From Clostridia bacterium (GTDB lineage Bacteria; Bacillota; Clostridia; TANB77; CAG-508): a DNA stretch of 32,000 bases. Under the pieces are notes generated by a model, which worked only from the letters and a program-made list of their open reading frames with translations, had not been told where the DNA came from and ran no database searches. Positions 9,492 through 15,949 of the stretch are shown here, one piece after another. Location of the stretch: contig JAFWYK010000004.1 of assembly GCA_017517685.1 (NCBI GenBank), positions 108,979 to 140,978 on the forward strand. The letters are read 5' to 3'. Position numbers and translations under genes: made by a program. Numbering within the stretch: the first letter of the stretch is position 1; each line of letters begins with the position of its first letter.

Positions 9492-10562
9492 ATGTATATA
9501 AATAGTATTATATTAGAGAATTTTAGAAATTATAAAGACCAAACTATTAATTTAAATGAAAATATAAATATAATTTATGGAAATAACGCTCAAGGTAAAA
9601 CAAACATAATTGAAGCAGTATTTCTGTGTGCTTATGGGAAATCTTTTAGAGCAAAAAAAGATTCAGATTTAATAAAATTTGATGAAAAAATAGCTAGGGT
9701 AGAGGTTTCCTATAAGAAAACAGATAGAGAAGGTAAAATTAAAGGCGAAATTGAGGATAAGAAGACATTTTATATTAATGGTGTAAAACAATCTAAAATA
9801 AGTGATATTTTAGGTAAAATTAATGTGGTTATTTTTACACCAGATGATATCGAAATTATAAAAGATGGTCCTCAAAGAAGAAGAAAGTTTTTAGATATGT
9901 TAATTAGTTCTTTAAGACCTAATTATATACATTTACTAAATACTTATAATAAGACATTAGAACAAAGAAATAACTATCTGAAACAAATAAAAATAGAAGG
10001 TAAACCTGCAAGTATGCTAGATATTTGGGATGAACAACTTGCAGAGTATTCATATAAGATTTTCGAATATAGAAAATATTTTGTAGAGAAAATCTCAGAA
10101 AAGATAGATGTTTTCCACAACTTGATAACAAAAAGTGGAAAAGAGGACATAAAAATTAAATATATTTCTAATAGTAAAGATCAAAAATCTTTTTTAGAAA
10201 ATTTAAGAAAAACAAGAGAAGTAGATATTAAAAGAATGTATACTGCTACAGGTGTACATCGTGATGATTTCATTATATATATTAATGGAAAACCAGTATC
10301 AATTTTTGGATCTCAAGGGCAACAAAGAACAGCAATATTAACGCTAAAACTATGTGAACTTGATATTGTTAAAGAAGAAATAAATGATACCCCAATATTA
10401 CTTTTAGATGATTTTATGTCTGAACTTGATGAAGTAAGAAGAAAAAGCTTTCTAGAAAACATTAAAGGTAGTCAAGTTATTATAACTTGTACAGATCCAA
10501 TTGAGTTAGATACAGATTTTTCTGAATACTTTGTTGATAATGGAATATGTAAAATGATCTAA
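9492..10562 (+). CDS. recF: DNA replication and repair protein RecF
   Basis: 356 aa. It has the N-terminal ENFRNY...GNNAQGKTNIIEA Walker A, the signature-like motif FGSQGQQRT and Walker B LLLDDFMSELD. Confidence 0.95.
   Translation: MYINSIILENFRNYKDQTINLNENINIIYGNNAQGKTNIIEAVFLCAYGKSFRAKKDSDLIKFDEKIARVEVSYKKTDREGKIKGEIEDKKTFYINGVKQSKISDILGKINVVIFTPDDIEIIKDGPQRRRKFLDMLISSLRPNYIHLLNTYNKTLEQRNNYLKQIKIEGKPASMLDIWDEQLAEYSYKIFEYRKYFVEKISEKIDVFHNLITKSGKEDIKIKYISNSKDQKSFLENLRKTREVDIKRMYTATGVHRDDFIIYINGKPVSIFGSQGQQRTAILTLKLCELDIVKEEINDTPILLLDDFMSELDEVRRKSFLENIKGSQVIITCTDPIELDTDFSEYFVDNGICKMI
10110..10143. repeat. Palindromic DnaA-box-pair element, copy 2, inside the recF coding sequence
   Basis: GTTTTCCAC (10110-10118), a 16-nt spacer, then GTGGAAAAG (10135-10143). 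It matches copy 1 at 29 of 34 positions, including 12 of 16 spacer positions. Confidence 0.7.
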
Positions 10563-10579
10563 AGGAAAGGAAGGCATTC

Positions 10580-10825
10580 ATGTATTTACATATAGGAAAA
10601 GATTACATTGTAAAAAACAATGAAATTATAGGAATATTTAATATTAATTATGTTAAAAACACAAAGGAATATAAAGCAATGTATAATAGCTTAGACGAGA
10701 ATGGGGATATTATAAAAGTCTCTGATAATAAAGCAAAAGCATTTATACTAACAGAAAACCAAGGAAAAAGAAAAGCATATATCACCAATATTGGTGTTAA
10801 TACTATTTCAAAGAGATTGATATAA
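10580..10825 (+). CDS. DUF370 family protein (RemB/YaaB-like)
   Basis: 81-aa ORF in the conserved recF-gyrB slot occupied by yaaB/remB in Bacillus. The N-terminus MYLHIGKDYIVKNNEIIGIF resembles DUF370. RBS GGAAAGGAAGG. Confidence 0.75.
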   Translation: MYLHIGKDYIVKNNEIIGIFNINYVKNTKEYKAMYNSLDENGDIIKVSDNKAKAFILTENQGKRKAYITNIGVNTISKRLI

Positions 10826-10840
10826 CGTTAGGAGGAAAAA

Positions 10841-12769
10841 ATGGAAAAATTCGAGCATGAGTATAATGCAGAACAAATTCAAGTTTTAGAAGGACTAGAA
10901 GCAGTAAGAAAAAGACCAGGTATGTATATAGGAAGTGTTTCTGTAAGAGGACTACACCATTTAGTATACGAAATAGTAGATAACTCAGTAGACGAGGCTC
11001 TTGCAGGTTATTGTAAAAACATTAAAGTTACAATTGAACCAGGAAATATTATTTCTGTAGAAGATGATGGTAGAGGAATACCAGTTGATAAACATGAAAA
11101 AACAGGTTTATCTGCAGCTGAAACTGTATATACAGTATTACATGCTGGTGGAAAATTTGGTGGAGATAGTGGATACAAAGTATCTGGAGGTCTACACGGA
11201 GTTGGTGCTTCAGTTGTTAACGCATTATCTGAATGGACAGAAGTTACAATTCAAAGAGATGGTGGAATATACCAAATGTCATTTGAAAGAGGTAAAACAG
11301 TAAAAACTCTTCAAAGAATTGGTGATTCAAATAAAACAGGAACAAAAGTAAGATTCTATGCAGATGATACTATATTTGAAACATTACAATATGAATATGA
11401 TGTTCTTGAAAATAGATTCAGAGAAATGGCATTCTTAACAAAAGGATTAAGCATTGAAATAGAAGATCAAAGAGAAGAAGTTCCAAGAACAAATAAATTC
11501 TGTTTTGAAGGTGGATTAAATTCATTTGTTGAATATTTAAATAGAAGCAAAGAAAAATTACATCCAACACCAATTTATATAGAAAAAGATGGGGAATATC
11601 CTGTTGAAATTGCTATCCAATACACAACAAGTTATTCTGAAAGTATTTATACTTTCGTTAATAACATTAATACAATTGAAGGTGGTACACACTTAGAAGG
11701 ATTTAAACGTTCTTTAACAAAAGTATTTAATGATTATGCGAGAGATAAAAATATTTTAAAAGAAAAAGATGCAAATCTTTTAGGTGATGATATAAGAGAA
11801 GGTATAACAGCTGTTATATCAGTTAAAGTTAAAGAACCACAATTTGAAGGACAAACTAAAACAAAACTAGGAAATAGTGAAGTTGCAGGTATTGTTCAAT
11901 CAATGGTTAATGAACATTTAGCTAACTTCTTAGAAGAAAATCCTAATATAGCTAAAGCTATTTTAGAAAAATGTATTTCAGCATCAAGAGCTAGAGAAGC
12001 TGCTAGAAAAGCTAGAGAATTAGTTAGAAAGAAAAATTCACTAGAAACATCTACATTACCAGGTAAATTAGCGGATTGTAGTAGTAAAAATGCTGATGAA
12101 TGTGAAGTATATATCGTAGAGGGAGACTCTGCTGGAGGAAGTGCTAAACAAGGAAGAGATAGAAAATTCCAAGCTATTTTACCACTTTGGGGTAAAATGT
12201 TAAATGTAGAAAAAGCTAGAGCTGATAAAATTTATGGAAATGATAAATTAAATCCAGTTATATTAGCTGTTGGAGCTGGAATTGGACCTGATTTTGATAT
12301 AACAAAAATCAGATATGGTAAAGTTATTATAATGGCTGATGCTGACGTTGACGGTGCACATATTAGAACATTACTTTTAACATTCTTCTTTAGATATATG
12401 AGACCATTAATTGAAAATGGAAATGTATATTTAGCTCAACCACCACTATATAAATTATCTAAAAAAGGTATGACTGATATTTATTGTTATACAGATGAAG
12501 ATTTGGATAAAAAATTTAAAGAATTAGCAGAAAATGGAATTACAAGAGATCAAGTTGCTATACAAAGATATAAAGGTCTTGGAGAAATGAACCCAGAACA
12601 ATTATGGGAAACAACAATGAATCCAGAAACAAGAATTTTAGTAAAAGTAACATTAGATGATGCTATTTCTGCAGATGAAACATTCTCATTATTAATGGGA
12701 GATGAAGTTAACCCAAGAAGAGAATTCATTGAAAGAAATGCTAAATATGTTAAAAACTTAGATATTTAA
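10841..12769 (+). CDS. gyrB: DNA gyrase subunit B
   Basis: 642 aa. It has GHKL ATPase motifs ([22 protein letters not shown]), the Toprim motifs EGDSAGG and DADVDGAHI, and the C-terminal RYKGLGEM. Confidence 0.98.
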   Translation: MEKFEHEYNAEQIQVLEGLEAVRKRPGMYIGSVSVRGLHHLVYEIVDNSVDEALAGYCKNIKVTIEPGNIISVEDDGRGIPVDKHEKTGLSAAETVYTVLHAGGKFGGDSGYKVSGGLHGVGASVVNALSEWTEVTIQRDGGIYQMSFERGKTVKTLQRIGDSNKTGTKVRFYADDTIFETLQYEYDVLENRFREMAFLTKGLSIEIEDQREEVPRTNKFCFEGGLNSFVEYLNRSKEKLHPTPIYIEKDGEYPVEIAIQYTTSYSESIYTFVNNINTIEGGTHLEGFKRSLTKVFNDYARDKNILKEKDANLLGDDIREGITAVISVKVKEPQFEGQTKTKLGNSEVAGIVQSMVNEHLANFLEENPNIAKAILEKCISASRAREAARKARELVRKKNSLETSTLPGKLADCSSKNADECEVYIVEGDSAGGSAKQGRDRKFQAILPLWGKMLNVEKARADKIYGNDKLNPVILAVGAGIGPDFDITKIRYGKVIIMADADVDGAHIRTLLLTFFFRYMRPLIENGNVYLAQPPLYKLSKKGMTDIYCYTDEDLDKKFKELAENGITRDQVAIQRYKGLGEMNPEQLWETTMNPETRILVKVTLDDAISADETFSLLMGDEVNPRREFIERNAKYVKNLDI

Positions 12770-12793
12770 TTAAGCTATTTAAATATAAAAAAA

Positions 12794-12830
12794 GGGCGAT
12801 AAAGAATTAAACTTTATCGCTCTTTTTTTT
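12794..12830 (+). terminator. Rho-independent terminator of gyrB
   Basis: GCGATAAAG (12796-12804) pairs with CTTTATCGC (12812-12820) across a 7-nt loop, followed by a run of 8 T. Confidence 0.8.
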
Positions 12831-13199
12831 ATTATATTAACTTTCAACTAAAACATATAAATATCTTTTCAAGACTCTAATGTATTCCTACATTATAAAT
12901 CTATTATAAACAAATATATATCCTTCGTTAGATTATAAATCCACTTTAAACATTTTTATTCATCCGGTCTGGACTAATAAAAAACATTGTCAAATAAAGA
13001 TATAATCAGAGCTTGGAATAACAAACATATCGTTTGAAGAATTAAAATGGCTTAAAATCCATTTTAAAGCCTCAAAAAATAAGTGAATTACTCTTGCAGC
13101 GTCCGACTATATAAGCATTTCATCTTATATAATCTTAGCTCGATCCAAAAAGTATTCTTTCTTTTTGCTCTAAGCTAGGCTAATATAATTTTATAATTA

Positions 13200-14340
13200 T
13201 ATTATGTGCAATAATTTGTTTTATATACTAAAGAATTAAAAGGTAATTATTGGTATTTTTTAAAATTAATTATTTAATTTTTTATTTTAATATTAATAAA
13301 AAAAATATTGAAAAACCGTGTAATAGACAAAATTTTTTAAAAAAACTTTTAAAAAAACTGATTTGTCAAAGTATTTAGTTCCCAACAAATTTGAAGATTT
13401 TTTTGTTTAAAATTTTTAAAATTTTGAATGAAAAATTTGTCAAAAAAGAAGTATGGAAATTCAATGATTTTTTAAAGCAAATTTTATAAAATTTTATGAA
13501 TTATTTAAGTATTTTAATAAAAATAAAGTATTTTTTAAAATAAAAATTATAATAAAAATAAAAAAACTATTTTTATAAAATATGAGAAGGGTTATTATAA
13601 ATTTATAACGAAATTATGATTAATTTAAAAAAAGTAAGGTTTTTTTAAAAAAAGAAGATAAAAAATATCATTTATAAAAATATGCGAAAGAAAAATTTGA
13701 GTGGTAAATTTTAATACTAAAATTTATATGAAAAATGAAAATTTAAAAAATAAGATAATTTTTTATAAAAAAGTAGTGAATTATTTTTTAAAATTTAATG
13801 AATTAATGAGTTTAATTTTTTAACTAAAATAAAAATCATTTTTAGGTATTGAAAACAGTAAAGTGAAAAAAATATATATAATTTTTATAAAACAATTAAA
13901 AAATATTAATTAAAAAGAAGAAAGAAATTAGCTAGTTACTTTTTGATTATTTTTTTATTATTGAAGATTAAATTTAATTAATAAATAACATTCAAAAGTG
14001 CTTATTAAGTGCTTTTAAAGTCTTTAATTATTTATAAAAATGTATATTTATTTATATTGATTATTAATAGAAAAGGTATGAGTTGTTTTCCACAAATTAA
14101 GAATAAAATGTGGAAAATAATATTTAAAAATTAAAGAACAATAATAAAAATGTTTTCCATAATCTTTTTGCAACCTGTTAAAAATGGTGATAATTATTTT
14201 TAATAATTAATGAATTATTTTGTGTTATTTTTTGAATTAATTTAATAACAATAATTATTTAAATGATTAAAAGTTTTATAATAAAAATTCAAAAAATGTT
14301 CCATAAAAAACAAAGTAATTAAAGTATTTATTTTTCAAAA
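13200..14340. other. ORF-free, extremely AT-rich tract
   Basis: The track shows no ORF of 60 aa or more on either strand anywhere between 12770 and 14460. My hand count for 13201-14340 is 153 G/C in 1140 nt, about 13% G+C. The tract is dense in A- and T-runs and has recurrent TTTTATAAAA palindromes. Confidence 0.8.
14085..14118. repeat. Palindromic DnaA-box-pair element, copy 3
   Basis: GTTTTCCAC A (14085-14094), a spacer, then T GTGGAAAA (14109-14117). The geometry is the same TTTTCCAC-N16-GTGGAAAA, and here the arms are the full 9-mers TTTTCCACA and TGTGGAAAA. A further TTTTCCATA lies at 14153-14161. Confidence 0.65.
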
Positions 14341-14511
14341 GTTAGGGCGATTTTGGGTGTCAAAAAACATCACCAAAAAACATCGTTTTTGTTAGGGAAA
14401 TAGCACGTTTTAAAGGATATCAAATTGGCAAAAAAGAAAAGTGCGTCATATAAAAATTTTTGTATTTTTATTATTATTTTTTATTTAAAAAAATAAGTTA
14501 TTTTTTTAAAA

Positions 14512-14540
14512 TTGACAAAAATTTCTATTATACATATAAT
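14512..14540 (+). promoter_or_regulatory. Consensus SigA-type promoter for the HExxH ORF
   Basis: TTGACA (14512-14517), exactly 17 nt of spacer, then TATAAT (14535-14540). RBS AGGAGA (14558-14563) and the ATG at 14574 follow. Confidence 0.65.
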
Positions 14541-14573
14541 AAATTTGCAATTTACATAGGAGAAAATGAATGT

Positions 14574-15791
14574 ATGGATCTGTTTAAAGTTGATTTTAAT
14601 GCTGAATATAACCATGTAATAGGCTTGGCCGCTGAGAAATTTGGATATGATGAAGATTTACAAGAGGTGCTAAAAAAGGCACTACCAGCAATGCTTGAAG
14701 GACACTCACATGAAGAGAAACAGCTATTTTATAAAATGATGAGTCATACACCAATAGTTGTTGTTGATGAAGACTCACCTGTTAATAAGAAAGAACTAGA
14801 AAGAAAATACTTTGGAAATATTAATTCCCATATAATTGAGGGTGCTCATGAAGAGTCTATTTATGATCAATTAGAAGGTGATGGTTCTTTTAATTCAGAG
14901 ATAGAATTTGATGAAAATGCTAATGTAGTAGCAAGAAAACAATATCTATATATAAAAAGAGCAAATCCAGAAAAACATAGAAATGGTTATATTAAAGATA
15001 GAATAGATTTATTTAAAACAGGTATAAATGTATCACATTTAATGCATGAATTAGGACATGCATGGTGTTCAGAAGCGAATCCATTAGAATATGAAGATGG
15101 AGTATTAAAAGAAAGATGTGGTGCCTGTACAACAGAATTTACTATTACACCAAATGGAGATGGAACGTATACAAGAACTAGAACTGGTGTTACAGGATTA
15201 TATGTTGAAGAAGCTTTTAATACAGAGATGGAACTAGAAGCTCTTTCTAAATATTTAAATATGGGAAGAGAAGCAACAGATGCTTTATTTAAGACTGGAC
15301 CGTTAATTAAATCTAATTATCAAGGAGCAGTTTCTGGTGTAGCTAATCATATATTAACAACACCATTAGGTAAAGATTTCCAAAACTATAGATTAACAGG
15401 TGATAAAAAGTATTTAGATAAAATAAATGGTGCTATAGAAAAAACAGAAGCTCATCAAAGAAGAATGGATTCATCTAATGAATCAAGAGGAAAAGATCAA
15501 GTGTTTTTAGAACCAGCATCAGACTCTATTGCAGAATTTCTTACAAGATGTAAAAATGTTTATTATCCAGATAAAGAAAATATGACACCATTTGAAATCT
15601 TAGATAATGCATTAAATCAATCTTTTGATTTAGGAATAAATAAATTAAAATTTGATGTTTTTGATGATAAATCATTTGGTCAATATAAAGCATTATCTTA
15701 TTCAGCTCTTTCAGATGCTTATGTGCCTATAAATCAAGCTAGAGACTTGATTTTGGGGAAAGATTCTAAATCTAAAGAAGAACAAAAATAA
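14574..15791 (+). CDS. Hypothetical protein with an HExxH zinc-metallopeptidase-like motif
   Basis: I moved the start to the ATG at 14574, which has an RBS 10 nt upstream. The track's upstream 38 codons are promoter DNA. The protein is 405 aa, with HELGH encoded at 15045-15059 in the context VSHLMHELGHAW. Acidic residues that could serve as a third ligand lie downstream (EYED, YVEEAFNTEME). There is no signal peptide or TM segment. Confidence 0.75.
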   Translation: MDLFKVDFNAEYNHVIGLAAEKFGYDEDLQEVLKKALPAMLEGHSHEEKQLFYKMMSHTPIVVVDEDSPVNKKELERKYFGNINSHIIEGAHEESIYDQLEGDGSFNSEIEFDENANVVARKQYLYIKRANPEKHRNGYIKDRIDLFKTGINVSHLMHELGHAWCSEANPLEYEDGVLKERCGACTTEFTITPNGDGTYTRTRTGVTGLYVEEAFNTEMELEALSKYLNMGREATDALFKTGPLIKSNYQGAVSGVANHILTTPLGKDFQNYRLTGDKKYLDKINGAIEKTEAHQRRMDSSNESRGKDQVFLEPASDSIAEFLTRCKNVYYPDKENMTPFEILDNALNQSFDLGINKLKFDVFDDKSFGQYKALSYSALSDAYVPINQARDLILGKDSKSKEEQK

Positions 15792-15850
15792 CAGTAAAAA
15801 ATAAGTATAAAAAATGTGCTTGAAAGTAGCAAAAAATAAACTAAAAAAAG

Positions 15851-15884
15851 CAGCAAATTTAGTGAAAAAATTTGCTGTTTTTTC
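15851..15884 (+). terminator. Rho-independent terminator of the HExxH ORF
   Basis: CAGCAAATTT (15851-15860) pairs with AAATTTGCTG (15868-15877), followed by TTTTTT. Confidence 0.75.
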
Positions 15885-15912
15885 TTGCTTTTTTAGTTAT
15901 ATTTTTATATAA
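15885..15912 (+). promoter_or_regulatory. Putative gyrA-specific promoter
   Basis: TTGCTT (15885-15890), a 16-nt spacer, then TATAAT (15907-15912), about 38 nt upstream of the gyrA ATG. Confidence 0.4.
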
Positions 15913-15949
15913 TGCAAGAGTAAAGATTAATAAGAAAAGAGGTTAATAA

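Noticed and set aside
13044-13072. Possible small RNA or terminator from overlapping hairpins (AAAATGG/CCATTTT and GGCTT/AAGCC), plus the TATATAAG/CTTATATA hairpin near 13100-13125, in the less AT-rich part of the gyrB-distal spacer.
   Set aside because: The stems are short and AT-rich. I could find no convincing promoter on either strand and no resemblance to a known RNA family. I cannot tell these hairpins from chance structure without covariation or RNA-seq data.
14078-14134. An 18-codon mini-ORF (MSCFPQIKNKMWKIIFKN) spanning the DnaA-box palindrome in the AT tract.
   Set aside because: The only purine-rich stretch (AAAAGG) lies 1 nt from the ATG, too close to act as an RBS. The ORF is what an AT-rich palindrome would give by chance.
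12841-14460. The spacer as a CRISPR array, a degraded rRNA/tRNA locus or a pseudogene.
   Set aside because: There is no regular repeat-spacer periodicity with conserved repeats of 24 nt or more, and no tRNA-like GC-rich arms. Hand translation of several frames gave only very short stop-riddled peptides with no protein-like remnants.
12997-14520. Over-representation of TGTCAA(A) words at about 13000, 13364, 13438 and 14357, with the reverse complement at 14512. I considered them as Spo0A-box-like sites (TGTCGAA) or minus-strand -35 elements.
   Set aside because: Each differs from the 0A-box consensus. None has a credible -10 at the right distance on the minus strand, and my expected-count estimate is rough. 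This could be tested by motif statistics but is not supportable as a feature.
14460-14573. N-terminal extensions in the ORF track from upstream alternative starts. They affect the HExxH ORF (14460), mnmE (3463), yidD (5438), the YkgJ-like ORF (18412), the 166-aa ORF (28446) and the 770-aa ORF (28526).
   Set aside because: The extensions run through promoter, terminator or neighbouring-gene sequence and use non-ATG starts or lack an RBS. In each case an internal ATG with a good Shine-Dalgarno sequence gives a protein that starts where homologues or the coding signal start.
12770-15949. The gyrB-gyrA insert as a classical mobile element (IS, transposon, prophage remnant or integrative element).
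   Set aside because: I found no transposase, integrase or recombinase ORF and no terminal inverted repeats. The only boundary similarity is low-complexity T-rich sequence next to terminators (about 12823-12840 and 15886-15906), which is not credible as a target-site duplication.
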